Made by a program: the position numbers and the translations under genes
Part shown: positions 1-13,700 of the stretch, piece by piece
How the letters are laid out: each line of letters opens with the position of its first letter
Numbering within the stretch: position 1 is the first letter of the stretch
The notes under the pieces: generated by a model
What the model was told of the DNA's origin: nothing
What the model saw: the letters and a program-made list of their open reading frames with translations, nothing else
The model's database searches: none
Assembly (NCBI GenBank): GCA_051362555.1
Contig: CM120642.1
Location: forward strand, 1,488,001-1,552,000
Reading direction: 5' to 3'
DNA from: Lingula anatina
Taxonomy: Eukaryota; Animalia; Brachiopoda
Length of the DNA stretch: 64,000 nucleotides

Positions 1-2262
1 TGGCCGTGATGCTGGTGCGTGTGTTTGCGCCGTATGCCTGTGGCTCTGGTATTCCTGAGGTAAGATTGTATGAACGTGTATACTTTTAAAACTTGTTCAT
101 TTTTGTAATTTATGATTTTTACTAACTTATAATAAGTGACATTAGGCAACTTATATTGTAACTTCCACAACTATCAAAATATTAATCAAGACAAAATAGC
201 ATTACAAAAATATAGATGTGTGATAGTCTTGTTACAAAAAAAATAATAAAAAAATACTTATTAAACAATAATGAACAGATGTATAAAGTATTTTACCACA
301 TTTTCCTCCAGATCAAGACCATCTTGAGTGGTTTCATCATCCGTGGTTACCTGGGTAAATGGACATTGATCATCAAGTCAGTGTGTATGATGCTGGCAGT
401 ATCAGCAGGACTTAGTCTGGGGAAGGAGGGACCCCTGGTCCATGTAGCCAGCTGCTGTGGAAATATCTTCTCCTACATGTTCCCAAAGTATGGCAAGAAT
501 GAGGCCAAGAAAAGAGAGGTGATTTTCCTTTCTTTTTTTCTTAGTTCTTTCTTTCTTTCTAGAAAATGGACAGTGATTTTGAAGTAAATAAATAAGTGTG
601 TCCTGTGTATGTAGCTCCTGGAAAAAAGAGAAATGTATGTAGTCTGGAAAGGACAGGGTTTTTATTTAAAATATGAGTTTCTTCATAAAAAGCATGATTT
701 ATGAGCACAGAAATATGTAGTAAAGTGGTTGTTTTCTTACATGAACATTTATTTCCAGATTTTATCAGCAGCATCTGCGGCAGGAGTCAGTGTTGCTTTT
801 GGTGCCCCTATTGGTGGGGTACTCTTCAGCTTGGAGGAGGTAAGAAAATTGGTTATACACTATAACAGGTACTTGTAGAAGAGAGCAATAAAACTGAAAA
901 TGGTAAAAATAGCTCCTTTGTTTGCCTCAATAACCCACAACTTTGATTAGATTTTAAAGCAAGTTGGAATTGAGAGAAGTAGTCAAGTTTTTATGTCATG
1001 AATTCTTATGTAATAATTCCATTATATGTGAAAAGTAAGCAGGTCCTTTTTTCCTTAAAGATGCAGGATTTTTTTAATTTGCTGAAACACTTCCATGAAA
1101 ATTTTTTTAAATATTTTTTTTATTCAGGTTAGTTATTACTTCCCCCTGAAGACACTTTGGCGTTCCTTCTTCTGTGCTCTTGTGGCAGCATTTGTGTTGC
1201 GTTCCATCAACCCGTTTGGTAACGACCACCTGGTGATGTTCTATGTGGAGTATAATACTCCCTGGCATATAGTGGAACTCATACCTTTCATATTGATAGG
1301 AGCTTTAGGGGTAAGTATCCCAGCCTGCCCTCCATGTGTAGCACCTTTAGTGTTAGTGTTTCTCATTGAACTCTATCTTAATGGAATGTCACTTGTTGTT
1401 GACTTTAAGTGTATAAAGTGATACTTGCTAGTAATTTGCATAATTTTATGCAGTAATTACTTTAAGGCTTGTTAACAGGAAAAACAGGTGATATTGACTT
1501 CACTGCTGCAAGTATGGGTCTCTGCCCATTGTAATGTATGTTACAGTAGATATTGGCTATTGGTGTATAGCACACACTGCTTTGGCCAGAGATTTACACT
1601 TGCACCAGTGGCATGCATCAAGCTGCACTCTACTCTCTGGTACCAGAACCTTCACTATCCAAACTGATTTGATTCCAGGGGTTATTTGGTGCATTATTTG
1701 TCAAAGCCAATGTGTGGTGGTGTAGAAAGAGGAAGACCACCAAACTGGGTCAGTGGCCCATCACGGAGGTGAGAAATTTGAACCCTGAAAGTTTTTATTC
1801 GGCTTTGTAAAATACATCTCTTTTGCTGTCTCAAATGTGTTACCAATTCACTTGATCTTAATCCTTTCTTTTTGGCCTTTTTTTCTTTATTTATAATATT
1901 TAATAGATACAGCACTCTTGTGTACATTTCTTCTGCCATCTGACATTTAATTTAATGTTTGAGTTGTTTGATTGTTATTGACAAGAAATAAGGTAAATGA
2001 AAATGGAATTTTAGGTAAATTAATGATTTAATGGAAAAGACTTTTCTTCATTTTCCAGGTCTTGGTGGTAACATTAGTGACTGCTGTTTTTGCATTTCCA
2101 AACAAATATACAAGGTAAACAGCTAAATTAAGAGCAGATCTTGATCATTAATGAATGGAAACTAAGATATTGGATTCATTATCTTTGTATTACTTCTGTT
2201 TGTTTACAAATTGTCTTGGAGGTTGTAAGTGAAAAGAATGCTGATTGGTTGTTTAGAAAAAA

Positions 2263-2305
<43 letters not shown>

Positions 2306-4937
2306 GCTATAACTTTATCTCTGTACATTTTCACCAGCTCGGTCTTGTGCAGAAAGTATGAATAAAGCAGCATTATGTAAGATTTAATAGAATGTATTTA
2401 GTTATATGATAATAGTGATAATTGTCATGTTTCAGAATGAACACAAGTGAACTGATTAGAATGCTGGTTCAGCAGTGTGGAGTGGAAGATTTCAACAATG
2501 ACTTATGGTATGATCAACTATATGCCATCAGTTCTTAGTACTGATTCTAAAATTTAAATTTAAATCTGAATTTGTTTTTCCTAAGCAAGCATGTCAAACT
2601 AACATCAAGTGTGAGAAATGTGCTGTTTGATTGAACAATTTCTCAGTCTAATTTTGAAAACCAAAGAAGACATTTAGAAATAATTGTTATTTTTGATGCC
2701 ATCATTTGCTTAATAATGAGTAATGTATGGTAAAATATTTTAGAGATATAACATTTGATGTGACAAAGTAACGAGTTCTAAATTACTAATTTAAAGGGAT
2801 AATAACTCTTTGTTTTGGCCCAAAATTAATTTTCCTGGAGTAAACAACAATTTTCCCATACTTACCAATGGTTAATGAATCCATTTTTACATTCAAAGTT
2901 AGTCCCTGGTTTTTTTTCTAAAAAGTTTGTTTTTTTGTTAAAATCTCTTAAGAGATTATAACAGAGTATAGCCATCAATGGAGGTCACGTGATCTGAAGA
3001 CAAGCTCAGATATCAGAATAATAGCTACAACTGCTGTTTTTGTCGTAAAACAGAATATATTATATTTCTATGAGTTATTCACAATGTTTTTATTGTGAAA
3101 TATATTGTGTATAGCCATCAATGGAGGTCACGTGATCTGAAGACAAGCTCAGATATCAGAATAATAGCTACAACTGCTGTTTTCGTCGTAAAACAGAATA
3201 TATTATATTTCTATGAGTTATTCACAATGTTTTTATTGTGAAATATAGATTTTATACGAAGAGTTATTATCCCTTTAAGCCTATTGCCCATCTTGGGGCC
3301 ACTTATAGAATCTTCCAAATGAGCCCTTACAAGTTACATATAGTTGTAATTATAAAGTACTAACTAATTCTCCATTTTAGTGACTATACAGACCAGTCAG
3401 TACTCAATGTCAGTGATAATCTTGGTGGAGCAGTGGCAGGAGCTGGTATTACCAGAGCCCTGTGGATGCTGGCCTTGGCCCTTGTGTTCAAAGCTATTAT
3501 AACTATATTTACCTTTGGGATTAAAGTAAGCATTTCTTTATGAATTTGGAAGGCATTATTACCTGCTTAAATTATTTCATCTTCTTTTTATTATTACAAA
3601 TATTATTATTAAGTTTTATATTTTTGTAATGAATTGGAATAATTTGAAAACCTTAGAAAATAACAAAATTAAAGAAGATCAGGAGTTGTAGATCCTTATG
3701 GTCCCATTTATAAATCCATGAATAAAAGATTGCAAATATGGTATTTCTGTTTATTACTTCCTTTAGCCAGTTGCTCTTCTTTTGACTGTTTTTTTACCGC
3801 AGTGACACCTATGTATTTGTCAGGTTCCAGCGGGTCTGTTTATTTCATTTATTTTACCACAGTGACACCTATGTATTTGTCAGGTTCCAGCGGGTCTGTT
3901 TATTCCCAGTATGGCGGTGGGTGCAATAATGGGGCGTATAATTGGAATAGGAATGGAACAGTTGGCTGTGTAAGTGACATACTAGATAAGAAATATCTAA
4001 AATATGTGAAGATTTTTTTCTATGGAAAATTTGTCCACAAGATTGCTAATCCATATTGTAATGATATGAATATCAAATTACTTAGGAGATCTAAATGTAT
4101 TCCCGTACTGATGTTATATTTATTGGTATTATTCACTAGTTATTACAGAAATAACCATTTTGTCTTATGTTTTAGGAGATGGAGGGATGCCCCCATATTT
4201 TCAGATTTATGTACAGTCAATGGTCAGTGTGTTAACCCAGCTATGTATGCTATGATTGGAGCAGCTGCAGCATTGGGTGGAGTCACCAGGATGACTGGTA
4301 TGTTTACCCCTTCCTCTTCTCCCCCTCCCCTCACATCCCCTCCCCCCACTCTCCCCCCCCCCCCCCCCCCCCCCCCAACCTCCTCAGTCCTGGGTGGAGT
4401 CACTAGGATGACTGGTATGTTTACCTCTTCCTCATCTCCCCCTCCCCTCACATCCCCTCCCCCCACTCTCCCCCTACCCCCCCCCCCCCACCCCCACCCT
4501 CACCCTTGTCAATGTTTTTATACTGAGCTTTTGTTGCAATGAAGGGGGGGCGCCAGAATCCTGTATACTACCACCCCCACCCCCTCCTCTCCCTCTCTAT
4601 CATGTTTTTGCTCTTTTTGAAGTAATTAAAAGTAGAATTAAAAGATAATTACTACACACTGTTTTACTGTTTCACAAATTATTCCTGCGTTCATATTTTC
4701 ATTAGCATCAGAAAATTCTTCCCTGGTATTGCACCTTAAAATATAAGACATATCAGTGAGTACCTCGTATGATACATTGTATGCTATTTTGTTCCAGTGT
4801 CCCTAGTGGTCATCATGTTTGAACTGACCGGTGGTCTCCAGTACATTGTCCCCCTCATGGTCACTGTGATGACCAGTAAGTGGGTGGGAGATGCATTTAT
4901 CAAACAGGGCATGTATCTTTGGACATTGTATACTGTA

Positions 4938-4980
<43 letters not shown>

Positions 4981-7389
4981 ATGTTTTGACTAATTTGTCT
5001 AGGGTATCCACAAAAAACAAAAATATGTCCAATTATGAGTCCAAAACTAAAGCTGTAAAGTGGGGAATTGAAAGCAATGTAAGATGATATCAAGAGACTT
5101 GAAATTAAGTATCGGCATTTAATTTTGATGTGTGTTATGCACTGTATATATTCTAACAAATCTTAAATGATAGGTTCTCAATCGATTATTGTCCTTTGGG
5201 TGACATGTATCATTCATCATGAATGCAATTATGTAGATATCTGAGCGTTTTTATCAGATAAAATTTAAGTATGGTGTAGTTTGATTACTATCTGTTGGAC
5301 ATCAGAGTAGTTTACCTTAACACCTGTGTCAGCTATGATGCTCATATACAGCTGAACGGCTACCCATTCCTAGACAGCAAGTTGGAGTTTGAACACACCA
5401 CCATTGCTGCAGATGTGATGAGACCTAGGTGAGTGAGTGCCTCTGAAATAATCTCAACTAACACAATCTCATGTATTGCAATCTCAACCAACACTATCTC
5501 ATGCACTGCAATCTCAACCAACACTATCTCACATACTGCAATCTCAACTAACACAATCTCATGTACTACGATCTCACCCAACACGATCTCATGCACTTGT
5601 ATTTGTAGAAAACTTTCAGTTATCTCTCAATCGGAGGTGGCTAATAATCAGCTCTGATATATCATGTATCTTACTATGTTTGTTACAGACGGAGTGACCC
5701 TCCTCTTAGTGTCATTACTCAAGATACCTTCACTGTGGATGACGTAGGTACGGAGGACAGATATATCTTAGTTATAAAATTCTCTGATATGTTTTGAGCC
5801 TTGTGATTTAAGTTTGCTGACATGAATTGATATGAATGGCAAGTAAATGTAACTGCAGTGCTCATTATAACTTACTTGGTGACTTATTGTTGATAATGCT
5901 GCAGAAGTGATGACTATTATACTGTTTTGATTTAATGTTTATTAATTGTTAATGTTATTTTTGTCAGTTATCTTTAATCATTAATATTTTAATTATTATT
6001 TTAATTTGATATTATTATAACTTGGATGATATCATTATGAGTCTTCGAACATAAATATATTGTGTTATTTTTTCCACAGAAACTCTCCTCAGAGAATGTG
6101 ATCACAATGGTTTCCCAGTGGTGGTCAGCAATGAGTCCCCATACTTGGTTGGTTTTGTCAACAGAAAAGATTTAACTCTAGCTATCAGTAAGTGCCCTTT
6201 ATCTCCATACATAACTGATTTCTGTCTACTCATAGAGGACATTTCATCGGCCTTCAAAGTTGCCTAAGAACTAATCACACACAACTGTTATTATCAGATC
6301 TATAAACCCCTATAAAAACTAATTCTTTTTATCAGATAACTTGCTTACTGAACTTCTTGAATGTTATTTTGTGTAATTAATACAAGTAGAAGTGCAATAA
6401 TTTCATAATTTTCAAATATAATCTTTCAGATAATGCTATTAATACCCAGGACGGGGTGGTGGCGGCCTCTGTGGTGTATTTCACCCAGCATTACACAGAG
6501 AATGTGGTGGTGGGGGGACCACCCCCTGTGAAACTGAGGAAGATATTAGATCTGGTAAGGGTTTATAAAGGTAAAGTAGTGCACAAAATGTCTGAGAGGT
6601 CTATAACAGACATGCTGAAACTGTTGGTCCTAGTGGTCAAGACTGATTTTACTTTCAAGAACTGGTGAAAAATTTAGTTGGTCCAAGGAAATGGCAGCAA
6701 TGATTTTAGCTGCCATTTTAGATTGACAGTTTTTCTAGCTAAATAAAATCCTTTGGGCTGGTACAAGTTTCGTAACTGCAGGCCTATTTGTCTGGCTTTT
6801 AAATTGAGTCCTGCTAATTGTTGTTGGTAATTGACCTTGAATTCTAAGATTGAGGTCATTGATTGGCCTTGAACTATCATGACCTTGACCTCATGACCTT
6901 GTTTCTTTCCGCAGGCTCCTATTACTATAACAGACCAGACCCCTATGGAGACGGTGGTTGACATGTACAGGAAACTGGGCTTGAGGCAAACTTTGGTCAC
7001 ACATAACGGGTAAGTGGCTGGCTGACACAGCTTTCCAAGACAATGTGTGCTATTATTTGTATGCTAATCTATAGTTTCAGCTGAAGAATGGTTATTGTAG
7101 ACTTGGATAAACTGTTTAAAGACTTGAAAAAGGAATTGGTACCTTAATTTTTTGTTATAATTTAGGTAAGTTGCAAATGACTGTTTAATATGTATATTTA
7201 ACTAAAAGATAAATTACAGGAACAACACTTTCGACTAATGTAAACATCTAAATGCAGTAAAAGTTATTATTACTATAAATATACGTTGTTCTTTCTAGGA
7301 AACTCCTGGGAATAATCACCAAAAAAGATGTTCTACGTCATATTTTACAGCTAGAAAACCAAGACCCTGCTTCCATTCTATTTAATTAG
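1..7389 (+). CDS. CLCN3: ClC-3/4/5-like H+/Cl- exchange transporter, 5'-truncated by the window edge. Exons: <1-59, 312-518, 759-839, 1128-1310, 1679-1768, 2059-2114, 2436-2507, 3381-3525, 3884-3969, 4176-4297, 4798-4912, 5333-5428, 5689-5747, 6080-6187, 6430-6554, 6915-7009, 7299-7389
   Basis: The spliced translation is in frame across GT-AG introns. It contains the ClC motifs GSGIPE, GKEGP (gating Glu), GGVLFSLEE (proton Glu), GLFIP and [20 protein letters not shown], then [15 protein letters not shown], a CBS-like C-terminus and the terminal [10 protein letters not shown] typical of ClC-3/4/5. The symbol denotes the CLCN3/4/5 clade. Confidence 0.95.
2795..3274. mobile_element. Non-autonomous TIR element (MITE) with TTAA target-site duplication, Kolobok-like termini
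   Basis: TTAA|AGGGATAATAACTCTT at 2791-2810 and its exact reverse complement AAGAGTTATTATCCCT|TTAA at 3259-3278. It contains a 143-bp-period internal duplication (copies start at 2966 and 3109). Confidence 0.75.
3793..3904 (+). repeat. 60-bp tandem duplication spanning the ClC intron/exon 9 acceptor
   Basis: cagtgacacctatgtatttgtcag|gttccagcgggtctgtttatt occurs twice, with the AG ending at 3823 and at 3883. Confidence 0.95.
4274..4490 (+). repeat. 117-bp tandem duplication spanning the ClC exon 10 donor, with C-rich tracts
   Basis: tgggtggagtcac(c/t)aggatgactg|gtatgtttacc...ccctcccctcacatcccctccccccactctcccc starts at 4274 and at 4391. Confidence 0.9.
4913..5332 (+). other. Probable U12-type (minor spliceosome) GT-AG intron in the ClC gene
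   Basis: The 5' end is GTATCTTT (U12 consensus GTATCCTT). A branch-site CCTTAAC at 5315-5321 lies close to the AG (5331-5332) with no polypyrimidine tract. These boundaries are required to restore G-I-Y-D-A-H. Confidence 0.8.
4938..4976. repeat. (TG)n microsatellite
   Basis: Direct reading. Confidence 0.95.
5448..5596. repeat. 30-bp minisatellite, ~5 copies, intronic
   Basis: The unit atctcaac(t/c)aacac(a/t)atctcatg(t/c)a(t/c)tgca is repeated. It explains the spurious ORFs at 5360-5697. Confidence 0.9.
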
Positions 7390-8030
7390 TTTAGACTCTT
7401 GAATAGCCAACTGGTTTTCAGCTCACAGTGCTTTCTTACCTCAAAACCATATGGAGTATTTTTGAGCTTTGATATTTGAAAAGAATAGTGAAGAGAAGGT
7501 AAATTTGATCAAATATTTATTAGAATAAGTTCGAAAGTCGACGTTTGAGCAAAGAGCATTTAGAAACAGCTGTTTTTGTGTTTGTTATATGTAGAGAACT
7601 AGAACTAGCAAATTGTCGTAAGTTTAGGAATTCAGATAGCACTTCGATGAAATGGCAAGTTGACATACAAATTCTTAGACACATGGCCTGAATTAATACT
7701 GTTAAACTAGAAACTTCCAAGAATGTTCACCTCATAGCTAACTGCGGACAAAGCTGTCTGGTACATCACGTGACTATTTATACTTAAGCCAGTAAGGAAA
7801 CATTAATTTAATATAAAGAAATATTTGTATTTGTTTGCTTGTTTATTTCTATTATGTTAAAAATAGTGTTTTGGTTTTCAGTTTTAGTAACTTGTCTAAT
7901 CTCTTTCTATCGAGTCACCTTGAATTTTCTACACATTCTTTTACAATTTATTTGCTACAATTTTCAGCTCTGAATAACCTTGGACAAAGTCAACATTCCT
8001 GATATCTGAAGTAGTTGTTTTCTTTGTGAC

Positions 8031-10716
8031 TGTTTCATTGCCTAACTATGATTATCATGTTTTTCATCTTCTGAACAAGCATGTTTTTTACCATGATGGC
8101 ATCATGATGTGTGTCATTGCTTCACTTGGTTCTACACACAACTTTATATTGTCAATCTGCTAATTAATATTAGACCCCTTTTTCTGATATTGTTTATTGC
8201 ACTTAGAAAAATATGTCATCACAGATCCAAACTTACTTAATGTGATGAACTTGTATTATCCTCCTGGTATGTTAATTTGAGAATGACTACCTATTGCTCA
8301 ACAGATATTATTTTTATTTACATTTGTTGTATTTTCATTCTGTCTTCTTCTATATACGGAAAGCACATGGATTTGGTGTACAGGTAATATTTCATACATG
8401 TTTGTAAATATTTTGTTTATTTGGTGTATATTTTCTGTTAAGATGTATTGTATAGTTTGATAATAATTAATGTACAGATGGATTGACTGGCGTACACTGA
8501 GCTTTTACTATTTTTGGAAATTACACTTCAACAGTAATCACTCGGGTGTACAACAGGTGCGGGTTTCTAGGTATCGAGTCCCTCTCGTAATTTTCTCAAC
8601 AGTTTAAGATTTAGTAGGCTGTGGTGATTTAGGAGAAGTGCTGAAATTTTCCCCAAATTATTTACTGTGTAATGGTCTCATATGTATGCCTTGAATGGAA
8701 TTGACTGTAGTATTGCCAGGCATACATACATGAATTGATTGGAGAATGATGAGTAATCAGAATAAATATGGATGTGAATAAATACTTATGTTGTAACATT
8801 TTGTTTTGTGTTTTTTTTTTTTTTGTTTTTTTTTTACATTTTGTTTTGTGGGGTTTTTTTTTATTTTAATGAGGTAATTTAAAAATGAGGTATACAAAAA
8901 ATCCAAAATGAAACAATTTAAAGAATGCCTCCCTTAATGCTGTCAGTGTTATAGTTACAAGTTGTCAATCACATACGAGGTTACATATAAATGTTGACCG
9001 TGCATCTAATTAACTCAAGTTCTTAATGTTGTCCCACACTTAATCTTCTAATTTTTGGTAACATTGTTGTAGAACTTTGAAAAAAGGAAATCTCTTTTTC
9101 CAGTCACACCATATACTAAGGTTTCGAGCTACTGAGTTGTAGAAAAATAAAATAAAAGGATCGAGTTCTCTTCATCTCATCAATTTGTTTACAAACACAA
9201 AAGCAGACGTTCCTGTGCGGTTACAGCCTCCAAACATTAGAGAGTTAAGACATTTTACAGAGCGTCACTTCCGATAGACAGATATTGAACGCTGACGAGA
9301 GAAGAAGGCGATAGGTTAACTTGACGGTAGCGCCGTGAAACATGCATTCGGAAATTGTAAATCTAAAGTGTTCTTGTTTCATTGCCTAACTATGATTATC
9401 ATGTTTTTCATCTTCTGAACAAGCATGTTTTTTACCATGATGGCATCATGATGTGTGTCATTGCTTCACTTGGTTCTACACACAACTTTATATTGTCAAT
9501 CTGCTAATTAATATTAGACCCCTTTTTCTGATATTGTTTATTGCACTTAGAAAAATATGTCATCACAGATCCAAACTTACTTAATGTGATGAACTTGTAT
9601 TATCCTCCTGGTATGTTAATTTGAGAATGACTACCTATTGCTCAACAGATATTATTTTTATTTACATTTGTTGTATTTTCATTCTGTCTTCTTCTATATA
9701 CGGAAAGCACATGGATTTGGTGTACAGGTAATATTTCATACATGTTTGTAAATATTTTGTTTATTTGGTGTATATTTTCTGTTAAGATGTATTGTATAGT
9801 TTGATAATAATTAATGTACAGATGGATTGACTGGCGTACACTGAGCTTTTACTATTTTTGGAAATTACACTTCAACAGTAATCACTCGGGTGTACAACAG
9901 GTGCGGGTTTCTAGGTATCGAGTCCCTCTCGTAATTTTCTCAACAGTTTAAGATTTAGTAGGCTGTGGTGATTTAGGAGAAGTGCTGAAATTTTCCCCAA
10001 ATTATTTACTGTGTAATGGTCTCATATGTATGCTTGAATGGAATTGACTGTAGTATTGCCAGGCATACATACATGAATTGATTGGAAAATGATGAGTAAT
10101 CAGAATAAATATGGATGTGAATAAATACTTATGTTGTAACATTTTGTTTTGTGTTTTTTTTTTTTTTTGTTTTTTTTTTACATTTTGTTTTGTGGGTTTT
10201 TTTTATTTTAATGAGGTAATTTAAAAATGAGGTATACAAAAAATCCAAAATGAAACAATTTAAAGAATGCCTCCCTTAATGCTGTCAGTGTTATAGTTAC
10301 AAGTTGTCAATCACATACGAGGTTACATATAAATGTTGACCGTGCATCTAATTAACTCAAGTTCTTAATGTTGTCCCACACTTAATCTTCTAATTTTTGG
10401 TAACATTGTTGTAGAACTTTGAAAAAAGGAAATCTCTTTTTCCAGTCACACCATATACTAAGGTTTCGAGCTACTGAGTTGTAGAAAAATAAAATAAAAG
10501 GATCGAGTTCTCTTCATCTCATCAATTTGTTTACAAACACAAAAGCAGACGTTCCTGTGCGGTTACAGCCTCCAAACATTAGAGAGTTAAGACATTTTAC
10601 AGAGCGTCACTTCCGATAGACAGATATTGAACGCTGACGAGAGAAGAAGGCGATAGGTTAACTTGACGGTAGCGCCGTGAAACATGCATTCGGAAATTGT
10701 AAATCTAAAGTGTTCT
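8031..10716. repeat. 1.34-kb near-perfect tandem duplication (8031-9374 and 9375-10716) downstream of the ClC stop
   Basis: Both copies start tgtttcattgcctaactatg and end aaatctaaagtgttct. The differences I saw are a few homopolymer-length changes and a substitution. Confidence 0.95.
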
Positions 10717-13700
10717 CGTTAGTGATAAAGTTACCTCGTTAGTAGCCCTTAGTTCAATCGTGCTAAATGTTTTGTCCCAATTACCCACAATTCAATGCTT
10801 GGATTTGTACCAAAACATTGGCACGTGCATTTGTTGTGAAGTCTGAAAAATGGCAAATTGCCTATCTGTGGGTTAGTTAAAGGTCAGATAGGTATGTTAT
10901 CATGTAGTTTAGAAATAATAGACTACGCAGGTAGTTTTTGTATTTTTAACAACAGCGTAAAAGCGTATGCTAAGTATATCTTTCATTCCCGTTGAAATAC
11001 ATATGTACTGGTCTCAGGATTTACCATGCTGTTGTCAGTTGCATGACATTCCCTATTTGCCACATCCATACATGAAGCTTCAGACATAAAAGACATCGCT
11101 GCCTGTCATATCTGTTAGCAATATGGAGTAGACTCTGACTAGAGTCATCTTCAGTTCACCATAACTCTAAATGTGGCAACAACAAATGGGTGCCCGATTC
11201 TCTAAATATTATAATATTATAACTACTAAAACTTTGCATTGCTAAGTGTTTTGCTGGGAATTTTTTGGAAGCATCATTTTGACATTGATGTAACCATACC
11301 CATGTATATTGTACTACATGTAGTACCCAGTACTAGTCCTGTATGTATACTGTACATATAGGTACACATCCTGGTAATGAACATCAGTTATCTTGTGAAC
11401 TGGCACAAACCCAATGTACTGACTCATTAATGGTCTTGATGTTTTAACTATGAGGTAGTAGCAGTTCCAGTGGAAAACCATTCTTGAAAAAAAAAAAAGA
11501 AAAAAAAACAGGGCCTGATACCAGTAGACCAGGGCTGAAGCACTAGAAATGATGGTATAAATACCCAAGCAAGAACACATGTACATAATTATAAGGTAAA
11601 TTTTTTGATAAACCTGAATAATATTGGTACAAAATAGCAAGCCCTGTATCCTGCACTAAAAGTATGCTACATAATATACCGATATTTCAAGTAAAAGTTT
11701 AGAGGCAATTCATTAATTTTTTATGGCGATCTCCACCCCTCACCCCAATCTTCCTCCTTATCAAGGTTACAGTGACTTAGTGTATGTACTAGTATGAGTT
11801 TTCAGACATTTCAATTTCCAAATGTTGGCAGCAGTTCGGCAGTAATGACTAATACTGTAATGATCATCAAAATCCAGACCCAATAACTGTATACACACCA
11901 TCCTGTTTGTATAAGCCATATTTATACTTCTTGGGGCAAAGGAAACTGCAAAGAGGCCTTTGTCCTGTGTTTTTAAGCTTGAGAATTGTTTGGCAGGAAA
12001 TCTGGATAATTCAGATGGGCTGTAGGTATAAAGTCAGCTGATAGCAAGAAGATGTTTTCAGTTGTTTATTGTTTCAGACGGGGTTTGGACCTACTTTGTG
12101 TTGGAAGCTGTGGGAGATAGGTAAATTACACAGCAGTATTTGACTAGATACAGTAGCATATGAAGTCTCTTAGTAGAAGGGTGATATATATAGATGTACT
12201 CTGTATATTTGTAATTGTTCATTTTTTAACGCTTTGTCACAGGCGAATTTGTGGTGAAATGTAAAGATTTTAGATTTGCAGTGATCACAGTTTTATGACC
12301 AATCTGTAAATACTCCAGTAGCACTAAAATACTGGATGACATGTTCAGTTGTAAACTGCTCTTAGACTAGTTAAATATGGTTTTGTATGCAGTCAAGATT
12401 GTATATTATTAGTCCTATTCACTTTTCTCATTCATCCATGCAATTGATTTGCTTTATATTGAAATGTTGTTTTCTTAGATGAACTGGTCAAATTGTGTGA
12501 AATGTGCCTGCTACATGTACAACATACTTGTAGACTGTATAGTTTGTGAAAGCGAAGAAGCTTTGTGAATTAGATTCAGGGCTGCATGAATGGATTACTC
12601 TAACCATTCTTTGACATTAAATTTGGGTTGAACGTAATCCCCAGTAGTAAGTGTAAGGTGTTGTAATTTTTGTTTACTTTAGTGTTGATTGGTTCCTACA
12701 TTACCACAAAATAGAATATCTATGCATGTGAGAAATGCTATAAAAAGATATCATTTCCTTGAGTTTTTACTTCAGACCTGATGAATTTGCTGGTGAAAGA
12801 TATAGTGAAAATGTATGAACAGCATATGATAGGACTGTTTTGCTATTTTCTTTGTTCAGATTCTGTGAATTGTTTTGTTTGGCTGGATTCCAGGAAATAA
12901 GGTTATGCTGCTCACCAAGTGCACATCTGAGTGTTTGGGAAGTGAAAAATCCACAATCAGACATAACAGTGACTTACTTGCTTGGTTTTGATGTAAATTA
13001 TAGCTTTAAAATGTTTAATTTCATTGTGCAAAACACTCCTGTTTATAAAGTTTCCTGTTGTACAGTTAACTGCTTTTTTATGCTCCTTTGCAATTATTAA
13101 ATAACGAAAAAATCCAAATTGATTTTATACCTGTCTTGAAGTTTCATCAGTTTTGTAAAATGTATTGGTAAGATTAATATTTACAACAAGTACTGAAAGC
13201 TCTAGACTTGTAGTTTGTAGAGAAGGATATAGTTATAATTCCATACAACATTCTATTTTTCTTATTTGCAACATGTTTTTGGCCTGATTAAAAGTTTAAA
13301 TGCCACTTTTACCTGACAACACTCAATTAGATCTATCAAGTTAAAGCTGTCTGCATATTTGTTTGTTCAATGGATCCGTGGCAAAATTGACCTACAGAAA
13401 GATGGATACCTTTTAATTTTATTATTTTTTTCCCATTGAAGGGATTGTTTCATGTTGCTTAATTACTGAAAAAATCAATATTAGCCTTTGAATTTTTATT
13501 GTTGGGCCTAAAAAGTTTAATCCAGCTCACTAAAGCAGAAAAAAGAGAAGAGAAAAGATTGAGAACAACAAGAATGGGAACATTGTGAGATGGTCAAGAA
13601 GCTATTTTCCTTAGAGGAATGCATCCATAAGGATCATTTGTTGCTAATAAAACAAAAAAACAAGTAACCTCTGCCTGAAATGCTGCACTGCCATAGCTTG

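Noticed and set aside
3718-4542. 274-aa ORF with poly-Pro as an independent gene
   Set aside because: It is read-through across ClC introns and duplicated junctions. Only 4176-4297 is real coding sequence in this frame.
5360-5697. Repetitive ORFs (ISTNTISC / HEIVLVEIA)
   Set aside because: These are translations of an intronic 30-bp minisatellite.
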